NCBI GenBank assembly: GCA_965655095.1
Contig: OZ296652.1
Span: 42,284,001 to 42,348,000, forward strand
DNA from: Haplodiscus bocki
Taxonomy: Eukaryota
DNA length: 64,000 nt
Direction of reading: 5' to 3'
Shown here piece after piece: positions 24,775 to 37,439 of the stretch. The translations under genes were made by a program, and so were the position numbers. Position 1 is the first letter of the stretch, and each line of letters opens with the position of its first letter. The notes beneath the pieces were generated by a model. It saw only the letters and a list, made by a program, of their open reading frames with translations, was not told the origin of the DNA and did not search any database.

Positions 24775-27224
24775 AAGTCTGCACTTTAGAAACACGTGCT
24801 TTGAAAACCACAACTATGGGACATGTTCGGCGATTATCCATGAAATGTTGATTTTTTTGTTTTAAAATAGTTTTTTAGGTGGTAAATTTTAGCTAATTTT
24901 GCTATTTCAAGAATGTTGCTGATTTGAATTCCAAATCATAGCCGTCTAAAATGAAAAAACTGTCAGTTTTATTAGAGTTCGAGAACGCTGATTCAAATAG
25001 GCTGTTCAACTATTCGCTTTTTGAATAATCTGCAAGGTAGTTGGAATGGTGAAAATCAATATTTCAGTGAGAAATATCTTTGCATGTTTTCGAAAATCAA
25101 AGTTTATTTTGCATTATTCAGAAGTATTTTCCCTAAGTCCGTGCTGGTCTGGAACCGTCTATCCGATGATAACTTCACTGCCCGTTGTTTGGGGCATTTA
25201 GTGAGCTGCAATAATTGTGTTCTTCAAATTGTATCGCAAAACATCTAAAGTTGTGTTTGAAAAATCAAAATTAATTTTCACTATTTTCGTTGAAACTTTT
25301 TTTCACTATTTAGTGTTTAGATCGCGTGCTTCTTCGGCTCGTATAACTTTCTTGCTTAGGAAATCTGTGAAATAGCAGAACTTGTTGTTTTCACATCTTC
25401 ATGCTAACTATCGGAAATTACACTCGAATACTAAGAAAAAAAGTTGCAAGTTTTCTGGTACTACTTGTCGGATTGTGCCCAGCCGACGCTTTGTTGAAAG
25501 CTCGCTGCTTAGAAGCTTTACGCAGTAGCATGAGCAATCTGCTCCACCTTTTCTGCTGAAGTATCGGACTCATATTTCCTGTTCCATACTTTTACCGAGA
25601 GATCTTTATCTGTAGTTTCAAATTGAGTCTCTGTTGCCTTTGTTTTCTTGACGGTTGAAAAATATTTCTCCAATTTGTAATTTGAAGTTTCAATCAAGTT
25701 TGTGCATTTTGTAACAAATGTTTTGCTCAGACCAGTTCATTGATTCCGACTATCTATTGCTCATTCTCAAACAAGCAGAATGGATTTTTGCGCAGGATCA
25801 TTGATAACTTTTCCTTTAACTTTCGGTCGCTTTGTTCAACTAGAAGTTCTGGAATTTCCAAAACTTGTATTCCAAACAATTTTGGGTGACGAAGATCCAA
25901 TGCTCAATTTGAATGCTGTTGAGCTGAGCTGCTATGTGACAGTTACGTTTTCCATTTTCCTTTTCCCCCAGGGAAAATTTTTTGTAAATTTTGCTTTGAC
26001 CAAAATCAAACAACCATTTTTCGTCAGTGGGCAATTAGTCAGTGGGCTTCCCGTATGTGTACCTAAAATTGGTCGCAGTCCTTCCCTCTTTCCAATCGTA
26101 AAAATTTTGAACAAGTTGTTCCATATTTGTCCATTTAGGTCAAAATGAGCCGGATTAAGCGTTGCAAGATCTCCACGACGATGCAAAGGCATTTCATGTG
26201 GAAAACCTACGAAAGTTTCTTATTTGCTTGCTACCTTCAAAAAGGTATGTCTTGATAACAGGGCTTTCAAAAGCGCAATTGTGATCAGGCAACATAAATT
26301 GAGTAACTGAGAACCTTAATAGGATTTCAGAGAACTCCGGTCTAATTTTTTTGGAAGGTTTGAAATGAATTTATAGAAAAATGTTTTTTTCTGAAAGTAG
26401 GTCAAGTTTTGGTTTCTTTCCAAACATAAAAAAAAATCTTACCTACCTTTTCAAGTAGCTTGGTTGCTTCTTGAACAATGCAAGCGGAGCCGAGTCGCTG
26501 CGTTGTATCTATCCAAGATGATCCAAGGCCCTTTCAATACATTTTATTAGGAAAAACAAGGATTGTTGCATCTTTACTTCTGTTTCACTAAATTCAAAAC
26601 GGCACAACTTTGCAGCTTGACATCCAAAAATTCGCATTTTTGCTTTGGTATTATGATTACAAGATGTTGAAAGCTTTATTAGGATCCTGTGGCGCTGGGG
26701 CTTCTTATTTTGGAATGTTTTTGATTGCAAGCATTGTGAGTAAGCGAAAACGATGCATGCATATTTTTCCGCTGAAGAATAAACAATAAAAACGCGATTT
26801 TCATCACAAGTTTACAAATTTTGAGACGTTTCAAGCAGATTGTGGCTTTTCTTGAATTCGTAATAGAAATTAGAAAATGAAAACTTCTGGGAAATTGTGC
26901 GTTTAATCTCTCAATTTTTCAAGTTCTTCTGTGCAATTGATAACGCAGAACCCTTTCGGGTAAAATTATCAGTATGATCCCGCCCTTACGGCTCGAAATA
27001 CTCATACCACGAAGTTGATTTTGATGTCTTAAAAGATTTGTATTTTGGTGGAATTTTGGTACAAAAAGTAAAAAAACATAGCTTGTGCTGGGATTCGGAC
27101 CTACTCATTGTCGTTTCGTGAGGAATTATAAAGGATTATCCCGAAAAAGTTTTGAAACGAAAGTCCAATTTTTTTGGAAGTTGACTAGATTTTAGCATAG
27201 TTTCCGGAATAAAATGAAAAAATA

Positions 27225-27300
27225 TATGGTCTCTACTAGAGCTCAAACCCACCACCTTTGGCTTTGGAGCCCTTGTTTACTACCCAATGGGCCATCTAAG
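27225..27300 (-). repeat. tRNA-derived SINE-like head (degenerate)
   Basis: The reverse complement has A-box-like TGGCCCATTGGGTAG and B-box-like GGTTTGAGCTC. Similar relics occur at ~19410-19500 (GTTCGAATCCC) and 41665-41735. None folds as an intact tRNA. Confidence 0.4.
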
Positions 27301-27729
27301 ATGTTAATAATGTAAAAATTTCACAAGTTCTCCGAAAAAATTCCGTGTTTGCTTTTGCAAAAAAATGCAATATATAGAGGGGGTGTTACGAACTTTTTTC
27401 ATGCTGTTTGAATCTAATAGTTTTGAAAAATTTGGTAGAATTCGTAGCATCAAAAACAATATTTCGTCATTAAAAAGGAAATCTGTACAAAAAGTAGATC
27501 AATTTGAAGTGATGTCTGCAGTCTTACAAAAAAGAAACTTTAATAGTCTTTTAATTTCATGAAGTGCCTACTAAAAACTCCTCACACGCCATCACTTCTT
27601 GAATGCTTAACAGTGCAAAGTACAAAATTTGTTTTCTTTCATCATAAATTCCAATTTTTCCAAATTTGAAAATTTTCTGAAATTTTACTTAAAAAACCTG
27701 GCAATTAAGGTAATTAAGGTGGATTTTTT

Positions 27730-28295
27730 AGAAATAGTAGCATTTAGCACTCATTCTACAGCAAATTTGCCACTTTTAGCAATTTTAGAAAAAAAATTCA
27801 AGCTTTTTTTTCAAAAAAACCAACTTTTTTCAAAAAACCCTAATTTTACAAGCAATTGAGAAATCTTACTATTTCAGTTGCATTGTACGGCAAATTTGCT
27901 ATAATTCGGTGATAAAAATTTTGAAAACCGTCCGGACAATGGCAGAAGTCGAGCATTTTCCTTTGGCAAGTCAGCGTAAAAAAGTTGCTTTGAGTGGATG
28001 ATTTCTCTCCTCATCATATGCTCAAATCTTTCTGATTTTAGAAATTTTCTGATTATTTGCCAAAGAAGCTTCATTATTAGGGCGGAAAAAACATTTTGAG
28101 AAAAAATACAATTTGATACGCATTCTACAGCAAACTTGCCACCTTCAGTGATTTTGAAAAAAAATTCAAGTTTCTTTTCGAAAAACAACCCATCTATTTT
28201 TTCAAAAAAATTAGTTTTCGAGCGTTTTGAGAAATTTCACTGTTTCAGTCTACTTCTACGGCAAAAATGTGCTACAATTTGGTGAAAAAAGTGAA
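27730..28295 (+). repeat. Internal direct duplication (~370-bp spacing) in an interspersed repeat
   Basis: CATTCTACAGCAAA(T/C)TTGCCAC...AAAAAAATTCAAG at ~27752 and ~28121; GAGAAAT...TTTCAGT...TACGGCAAA at ~27858 and ~28230. Confidence 0.7.
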
Positions 28296-28615
28296 CAAAC
28301 GTGAACGCAATTGGCGAAATTGGGTTAAAAAAACGTTCTCGCTGAAAGGATGATTTTGTTCCCATACTATTAATACGGTGAAAAATAATAAATAGCATGA
28401 CGTCCTCAAATACTCTATTCTGACAAAAGCGCGGGGAGTCTATTCTGAACAACATAAAAAAGCGGGAAGTCTAACTGGACAAGATGAAAACGCGGGAAAC
28501 CTTTTACTCTAAATTGCTTCCTTCTCACATAAAATTGAAAAGAGTCCCACTAAAGATAAAGATTTTATCTCGATTAGACAAAATCCTCTGTTTAGCTGAA
28601 ATTTACAAGCCTACT

Positions 28616-29015
28616 TGTAGTGGCCTTCTCCTGGGCCAGAGTTTTGTGTCATCTGACCATGGAAGAGGCCCGCTTCAGGATGAGGATCATTCTGGGAGTC
28701 GTCCTCATTCGTTCTCTGGCTTATACTTAATGCGTTCCGGGAGGGCTCCGGAGTGGTTCCGGAGTGTCCCGGTAGTAGCGGGTTCATAAGAAAATCATCG
28801 AGTCGCGCTAGTGCACCTAGAATGCGGTTTTCTGTTCTGCTGAACTCCTTTGACAGCCTCTTTGTGACCCTTCCCTCAATTTCCTCAGAAACTTGAGTTA
28901 TATAGTCTTCCTGCGATCTAGGAGCGCTTGAGTTTTGTGCCAAGTTGCTCCTAGGATGTTCTTCACAAATTTCTTTATTTAACGCTGCCAATTTCCTCTT
29001 GTTTCGAGTTGTCAT
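28616..29015 (-). pseudogene. Uninterrupted gag N-terminal fragment inside LTR copy 3 (MTTRNKRKLAALNKE...GPGEGHY)
   Basis: The 134-aa ORF is open right up to the LTR end and stops only in the flanking TSD. Confidence 0.75.
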
Positions 29016-29209
29016 TTTTTACGGGAAAAAAATGATCAGTCAGTAATACTTGATTTTTTTTCAGAAGGAGAAATCAATTTCGGTCTTTTTAACAGTTTTA
29101 ATCAACAACGAAGGGAAATACTATACTGGAATATTATCATCAATAATTTACAATAATAAAAAATTGTGTCTCCTCTACTTTCATTTCTCCTATTTATACC
29201 TTTTCCTAG

Positions 29210-29487
29210 CGGGAAACATAATTGTTTACCCGTCAAGTCAAGGTACAGATAGGGAAAAGTACTTTGTCCACTAGTACATCAAAGTTAAAAATGCCGACTC
29301 TGGCGGGAAATAAACAACTTTTCCATCCATCTCTTCCATAATAGGACGCGCCTTTTCCATCCTTCGACAGAAAATGGACGTTCCTAATCCGTCGGAGATG
29401 GACATCAAAGCGTTTATTCCCGCGCCGACTTGTTGTTTACAGTCTTATTATGCTAATTTCCTTAATTGGGAACGGAAAATAAAATGA
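29210..29487 (+). pseudogene. Antisense ORF/exon of LTR copy 3
   Basis: Pyrimidine tract plus AG (TTTCATTTCTCCTATTTATACCTTTTCCTAG|) precedes GNIIVYPSSQGTDREKYF...RLWREIN...FSILRQK...PSEMDIKAFIPAPTCCLQSYYANFLNWERKIK*. It contains one stop and small indels. Confidence 0.55.
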
Positions 29488-32400
29488 GTAAATTGAAAAA
29501 AATGAAGAAATAAAATAAAATACAAAATTCATGACTTCAGTCTAGAAACACATTAAATCATCATTTCCATGTTCATTTCATCATCACTTGATTATTTAGT
29601 CTTTTTAGTCTTTTGGAAATTAGGAGAAACTAGTATCACTACTAGTTTACTCCTCGTTCCAACTAGTAGCTACTAGTGGTATCCGGAACAGCTCCGTAGC
29701 CACTAGTAGTACTAGTTTCAATTCAGTCAGCCGCGCTCAAATTAGGAGTGAATACGGAGTCACTCCGTCTTCACCATAGCACTGCAGCACAGCATAGCTA
29801 TAAGAATGATTGTGACGTCACCAAACTAGTAGCGACGGAACGCGTACGGAACAAATATTCACTCCGAGAGTCAATTTGATAGCACTTTAGCACAGTAAGC
29901 CAAGCTAATTACACTCAAAAGGTGGATATAAATCAAATAAAATGAATAAGTTATTACAAATATAGCACCTTTTAGAATGAAAAGCTCTGTGAATATCCGT
30001 TTGTTCCGTAACGGTTCCGTATTAGTCCGGATCAGTTCACTAGGGTGCTCCGTTTATGATACGGATCAGTAGAATGAAAATTACAAGAAACATGAAATAT
30101 GAAGTTTATTGTGTTTTATTTACCGGTCATCAATTCCCGTGAGGGTCTGGGAATGTTCTTTTCTTCTGCAGCTCTAATCCGCAGGCTTCGCAAGTATACT
30201 GCGACACTACTATTACTTAACTTTGCGATAATATAGCCAGGGGATGTTTTCACGAACAACAGATTGTTCCAAATGGCGGTACGTAGGTATCTCCGAGCGT
30301 AGCAAAGGCACATATACCGGCGCCGAGAGGTCGAAACGGACAATCTCGAGGCGCCGAAGATATTGGTTTCAATGCTGATTGTATTGCAATCCATTTGCGG
30401 CTGTTATTAGCACAATTGTACTCATTATGGAAAATAGTTATTAATAATTTTCTGTTTAGTGATACTACTTTCTAATTTATGTTTACTAAAAGCATTACAA
30501 CAAAGCGTTTTCTCTTAACTTCCAGGATGGAACTTTTTGTTCGTTAAAAACAACTCAATCGGTTTTTTTTGTCACGTTTCCTTTCCAGCTTTGTAGTTGA
30601 AAACTTTTCATTTTGTGGACTTTTATTGGAGAAGGGCCTAGTGTGAAGAAATGTTGCAATAGAGCTCGTCGTTGAGTTTTGTTGGGAATTTTAGGTCATT
30701 CTTCAGATCGCCTGACAAATTTTACAGAATTGGCATCTCTGCAGTTGAAAGGACTGATGTAGACTTTCAATCAGGGATCAGTGGTATTTTTAATTTTACG
30801 TTTTCATGTTAGTTTGCCTTGACTGTTATGTTCTAAGCATAGGTCATTCCGCTAAGTCCATATTCCACCTATAGTGCACATGACTTAACGACTTGCAGTT
30901 GCTGAACGGCTGCAATTTCGATGCTGTAAGTATCAGGATGTTTTGAATTTCTAGTTAATATTTTTAAGACAAGGTGAAATCGTCTGTAGTTAGCACTTTT
31001 GTCATAACCTGTCTTAGGAGGCGATTGAGTGAAACATTTGTCGTGTTATCACGTTTTGTTATGTTTCTCTTCTGTTGCACTTTTTGTTGCAACAAAATCA
31101 CCCTAAACAGACACCAAAACACTCATTTTGAAAACTTTGCAAAGATGGTCCTTTTTGCTGGGCAAAAATTTGGCAAAATAGCTCAAGATTGCGTTTCTTG
31201 CAGGAACATACGTCTTTTCGACTAGCAAACTATCTTTTCAGATCACAATCTAGGAAATTAATACGAACGTATAAACTTCGGAAAATTTGCAAATTTTGTC
31301 TAGACAAACCTTTATTTTTGTTTTATAAAGTCTACAGAATTAGTGAAAAAAGCTAATTTTCACTTTAAATCTCTGTTGGAGCTGCACTGCGGTAATTTCG
31401 TTTGACGCAGTGTTGGATCAACTATTCTCTGAGATCACCGATCTACATTTGGAAGTTGACTGAGTTGTCAGCGCTGCGCCAATTTCATCTGTGCTCATTT
31501 CCTCCTGATAAATTTTAGTTTTGTCGTAGGTTTTGGGGGAAGAATTTAGGTTTTCGAGCGCGCCGAGTGACTTTCCAGGAATGAACAGATGATCAGAAGT
31601 CATTGATGTTCTTCAACATTTTTCCTTATGGTCTCGATATCGTTAGACCCGATAGTAGTTTTCTTTTCCATTGGCTCTGCGCTTGACGTACTTTGCACAT
31701 TTTGAATATTTTTGTCACATGCACTGCTTTTCCCTTCACACTTTAAATACGAGAAGAACTCATTTTCTTTAAACGCGATCGTTCGAGAGGGCAAAAAAAA
31801 CAATTTTATTTTATGGGAGATGGGAAAATCGTCAAGTTTATGACAAAAGATGAGAAGTGCAGCTAGTTTTTTTTCAATTTTTGATGTTTTGCATTTCAAA
31901 TTCAACTTTAATTTTGAATGAAAGGTAATTAGATGCAAAACAATTAAGTTCTCAAAAAGTTCTCTGACTACTAAAAACAATTGTCAAAGAAACTTTAACA
32001 AGAACTTCACAACAAGTGCAGTGGCAGTGTGTTAGTTTTCGTTCCAAATGGTTCAAAAACTAAACTACTGAAAAGTTCGAGAGAAACTTTGGTGCCCTAG
32101 AGCACAGGGAGGCTCGCACCTGGCTTGGAAATTAGATTTTTAGATTTTTAGATGAAAATGCACGGCAACTACTTTGTGCATTGCACTGCAGCACGTGCTT
32201 TTGTATCCTACGTGAATCAATGGTCGCTCAAAAGTGTCTTTGAATGGCAAAACAACGAAATATCTAGGAAAAACCACTAACTTCTCTCCTTCTTTGGCCT
32301 TCATATCAAAGCTTCAAGAGTGTAACTTTAGACGGAACTTTGATAAAATTTCCAAAATCGTCCGAACTCCAACATTTTTTGTTCAATAGGAGCTTTATGC

Positions 32401-34303
32401 GAAGACAAACAGCTCACAGCAAAAGCGGAAGAGCAAATATTTTTGTAGAACTGCAAAAACCGTTGTTTCACTGACTCCAGCAGCTGAAAATGACATTTTT
32501 TGGCCACATTTACAATAAATATCGTTTCAAAAAGTTTTATGACTTTTAGTGGCAATCGTTTTTTAGTGAATTCGTTTCCCAAAAGCAGAAATAGAAAGTA
32601 CTTTCGAAAATTTTGCAAAAAAATAGAAGCGCCTCGTCTAGGTTGCCTTAGAAATTCCTCAAAAATGTTGACTTAGGCAACCCTCCACTTAATTTTGCGT
32701 CCATATCCTATTAGGTTGGAGTATTATCTAGAACATGTTAATGGAAGAAGTGCAAAAATATGAGACGAGTCTTGTCACGCAAAAAACTTCTTATATAGAT
32801 TAGCGTGCACTGTATTAGGGTTCTTAGCGTGAAAACTTTGCGAAAACTTAGTTGAAAACGAAAAATTGTACAAAACTGGTAAAGTTTACGTTTTTTTGTA
32901 CACAAAAAGACAATTGCTTCAACTTTCTTTGCCCAGAACTTGGGATTGTTTTAGGAAAAAGGGCTTTTTTATAAACTTAGAGGTTTTTAAAGCTATATTT
33001 TTTGTACGGTTAAGCGAAACGTTTAAAGTTCTCTCGAAAATAGCATAAAATGATGTGTTGTCACTTTAACACTAGCAATATTGTTAAAATCTGGAAAAAA
33101 TTGTTATGTTTTCTAGCATTTTTGGGTTTGAAACTTGTCGCAGTGTTTCTCGAGAATACCCAATATTCAGTTCGAATATGGATAGCAATGTGAAATAGTC
33201 AAAAAACTAGTAGCAATTTTTCGGTATCTTTGCCCTTTATTGCAAAAAAAACATGTCAATAATAACTCTAGAACCTTAGAATTTCCAAAAAAAAGTTTCT
33301 ACACATCCAGAAAACACTTCAGATTGTAAAATGTATTATACAACCTTAGAATTTTTTCTAATATAGCGCGAAAATTTTTTGGCTGTTGTCTGAAACTTTT
33401 CAAACCATAATAGGCCAAAAAGAATAAGTTCATTCAAATTGCTACCATAACTACTCTATTTAATACGGTGTGAATAGTAAAATTTGCGTGAAAATGGGGC
33501 GACAGTTCACATGCACACTGCGCTGGAGTTCTTGCGAAATTAGTGAAGTCACTGAGAAAAAAAGTCCGCTGACTGAATGCAACATTAATCTTTTGTATAA
33601 AAATTACAAATTTAGCAATGCAACTGATTTTGCGGCATTTGTTGTTACGTTGCAAATCAGTTTCCAACTACAGGTTGATGAAGTGGGGCAGAAACAGAAG
33701 AGTTAGTGCTACGATTCGCCATTTCATCACATTTTTCATGCTTCTTTTGATTTACTTGTTGATCCAAAACCCAATCTCTTCGCTCCTAAGGGCGCCTATG
33801 TTTTTGCTAGTTCATGGCTTGTTCAAGGGAATTCACAAAGAGTTGTTCAATTCCTTTTCGGAACACTAAACTAACGTATTGGTCAAAATGAATACCGAAC
33901 TGTCTCAACCATATTGTTTCTGAAAATAGGAAGCTTTTGACAAAGGTTTCAGTCTAAAAATCCGAAGGCTGCCTGATGAAAGAAGCCTTTTTGAAAAATG
34001 ACCAGAATGGACTTCCTAGGTGGTCTTTCAAGGTTTCCGAACAACAAGAACGAAGTAAGTTCGAATTAATCGTTCTTGAGATTTAGATTCCTTGAAAACT
34101 TCAGTTGAAATTTAGAACATGGAAAGTGTTCCGAACTTTTCCGTTTTTGCTTTCATCTACTTTATCCTAATAAGTTTTTTCCTTGGTTGTGAAAACTGTG
34201 TTTACCCAAAACTTTCCGTGTTCTAATTTTCAACTAAACTTTTTCTGGAATATGACTATTTTTAGGAACGATCAAGTCCAACTTATATTCCAATTTCGTC
34301 TTT

Positions 34304-34368
<65 letters not shown>

Positions 34369-34369
34369 G
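34304..34369 (+). repeat. (GTT)n microsatellite, about 21 copies
   Basis: Directly visible. Confidence 0.97.
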
Positions 34370-35317
34370 GGAAAGGACGGGTTTTCTTCAGTATCTTCTC
34401 CGCCTGCTGGGGAAAAAATATTTTCCTCCAAATAATTACATTGACTTTTATCTTATTTCTCAATGACTTTTAATGTTATGATTCATGCTAAAATGTCAAA
34501 ATATAGTTCATGAAATCGTATTAAGTGTGTCATAACATTATAAAGAAGTGATTATTTATCCAACAAAAGCAATGATTTATTGCAATTGTTGGGGGGGGGA
34601 GATACTAGAATATAGCGGAGAAGACTGTGAAAGGTCACCTAAAAAGTGGCCCATGGTCATATTTCAGAATGACTTCTTTCGTTGACTAGCCTCCGCATTC
34701 ATCAATTCATCAAAAGCATTCAACTTTCAGAAACAGTCTAGTTGAAACAGTTCGGTTATTATTTATTTGAACTGAGAACTGTTATAGGCTGTTTCTCAAA
34801 AATGGCAGAATATGACTTTTGAAGTTTTGTTCGATTTTAAACCTGTTTTTCTCAATAACAACCCTTTCAATTTTGTTCACTGAGCCCTTGATAAGAATGT
34901 AACATCATGTTTACCAATACTACACTGGAACTGACTTGCGTATTTCATTTTCTTTTAGGAAAAAACGTAAAATATCGCTCCACAAAAAGACTTATTTTGA
35001 GTGCTGTTCTTTTCTCGTTCTACAACTTTCAGTTATTAAATTTTTTATACATTTGTGTCACCTGGATATTTTTGCTCTGTAATTGAGCAATAGTTTTGAT
35101 CAGGCATTTTTATCCGGGAATTGGTGAATTCAGGGATATTCGTCGCTGCTTCAAAAAGAATCAGCTGTGACCAGTAATATTGGATAATATTGGAGAGAGA
35201 TATCCGATTCATGTTGGATCCGTGGTTCAAACTTCTGAGTCTTCAACCAGAGCTGCATTTGGCGAATGAATGAAGTGCAGGTTCCACTACATGTTGATGC
35301 TTTGATTCACCTTCTCT

Positions 35318-35320
35318 CCC

Positions 35321-35387
<67 letters not shown>
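35318..35387 (+). repeat. poly-C plus (CT)n microsatellite
   Basis: Directly visible. Confidence 0.95.
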
Positions 35388-36199
35388 TTTAACTGAATCT
35401 GAATGAGAGTTGCCATGTGTTCAAATTCTTTTATCATTCGCAAGGTGCTCTTGATTATACATTAGTAAAGATGGCTTAAACAAATGCAGCTAAATCAAGG
35501 AGGCATGAATTAAACAAATTTGAGAGCGAAAGATGTGAATCAAATTTTTAAGGAATATTTGGCCTATTTTGAGACTTTGGTAAACGGAATTCGTTCCTCC
35601 AGCGTTTGATGTTAGTCAGTTGATCTATTTCATTTCTGCAACGGTGCCGTATTGGAACATCTCATTCCTGATCAGTTCTTTCAATTCATTCGACTTCTAA
35701 CATTGGCGGCCATCTATTTGGAGTTTCGGCTGTTGACAATGCTGATGACCCTCTGTCGGTGGCATGCTCTTCCAGTTGCATGGATCAAAGTTCCTGCTCT
35801 TGCAGTCTCTAGCGAAGGTTGGCAATTAGCTTCATTTTTGTTCAACGGGTTTGAAACAGTCGAATCAAACACATTCTGTTTCTGTTTGTGCTTGAGATAA
35901 TTAATTAATTCGAAGACAAAAAGTCAGCTGCGAAATCATCATTCAAGCGTGACTTTAGGTAATGCATAAGGCAACAACCGGGATATTTTCCGCCCTGCTA
36001 CTTTATTAACAACGCGTTTCAAGGAAAAAACACCCATCTATATGCGTTCTATATCACATTTCCTTTTTTTTCCCAATTTTTTACAATTTCGAGTCATGGT
36101 TTTTTGAAGGCATGGATAACTTGAATGAGTAATTACAACTTTAAAAATTCACAATTTACTGCCTTTTAGGAGCCTGATAGGCTAATTAATTACAATAAT

Positions 36200-37260
36200 T
36201 TTTCTGGTCAGCATCATGAGGCTTTCTTGTTGGGCCAAGTTGATCCCGTAAAAAACCCGGGAGATGGCACTAAACCAAATGTCGTTAGTTAGACTCTGCA
36301 CCGAGTTTGTTCAATTTTTTTTTCAAAATTGGCTGTCAGAGTTCGCAAAATGGGGTTACCTACTTCATTAGTAGGTGCAGTGAGCTCGACATACGAATTT
36401 GTTGAAAAATCAGTTTCAGTATAACAATCCCTCTAACAATCCTTGGGACCAAAAAAATTCACGTTTGCTAAAAAATAAAACCAGGATGTTGTTTAATTTA
36501 ATGATACATCACGGATTTTAGGATTTTATCAAATAAAGTGTACCCAAAACTGCTGGATTATCAGTTGCTCTCAGAAAAATTTAATCTCTTATTAGTAGAC
36601 CTTAAAACAACCCACACTTCCCCTGTAGCGCAAAAATGGAATATATTCGGTCAATATTGATTGCTTCAGTACTTTCCTTTCTCTGACGAAAACGAGAAGT
36701 CAACATCTGAAAGAGTAGATGGAACCAAACGATGGAATCATAAGTGTTGCTTACAAAAATGATAAAAAAACATTGAGTCTGGTTGAGTGTTTTGGAAAAC
36801 TATTAGTTTTTCCATATCCGGATCAATAGTTGTGAGATGTACTGGCTCCCTGGTGCTCAAAAAGTCGTTTTTAATAGAAAGACGACACGTCTTGACTCTG
36901 GAAAACACTATTGAGCACGTGTCCAATGAGGCGGTGACTAACAAAATAGTTGATACCTCAAACACTTTGTTTCCCTCATCAAGTTTGCAACCCTGAAAAA
37001 TCAAGTAAAGCCCAAAGCATGTTCCTAATACTCATTGTGCTTGGTTTTTTGAGAATTCGGCTCATTCCTCAACGATGGGTTTCAATCACTTTGACAATCA
37101 GTTACGACTAGCCTTGAAGAGGACAATTGGCCAACCTTTGACAGACCAACAATGCTGGAACACAAATTTTCTTCACTCTCGTTTGGTGGGATGCATATGG
37201 GCATAGACGGGATTAACCATGTAGCTGCGTACATTGCTTCTAACGGATGAAACCGCACTA
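36200..37260 (+). pseudogene. Decayed reverse transcriptase of a CRE-like non-LTR retrotransposon
   Basis: With frameshifts it reads AKLIP/KNPGDGTKPNVVS*TLHR (compare GARLIAL.K.DGG.RPIAVGETLRR) and FDNQLRLALKRTIGQPLTDQQCW.../SLSFGGMHMGI (compare FD..LR..L......L....W.QA.LP...GGLGI). Confidence 0.5.
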
Positions 37261-37439
37261 CAAAAATACAACATAATTGAGAGTGAACAGTACCATGAAA
37301 ACTCCCATGTTTTGAAAAATCGATTGCAAGGGTTATCTTTTTTTGTTTTCAAGAAACTTTAATTCATTCAAACAAAAATACGAAATGGCGCAGCACATGG
37401 TGATTTTTGAATTTTTAATGTCCACAATACAAAAATGTT

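Larger units (their letters stand above)
28616..30206 (-). mobile_element. Solo LTR (Ty3/Gypsy-like), copy 3
   Basis: On the minus strand it runs TGTCGCAG...GGCCACTACA, with a perfect 5-bp TSD CTACT (28611-28615 and 30207-30211). Confidence 0.9.

Noticed and set aside
25400-26280. Minus-strand ORF fragments, possibly a transposase
   Set aside because: No recognisable motif, multiple stops, and no termini identified.
28484-30400. Kinase-like text flanking LTR copy 3 (RVPLKIKILSRLD...AVRRYLRA)
   Set aside because: No HRD, DFG or APE motifs are recoverable; the similarity is too weak.
34183-34473. Poly-Val, poly-Asn and poly-Thr ORFs
   Set aside because: Artefacts of the (GTT)n microsatellite.
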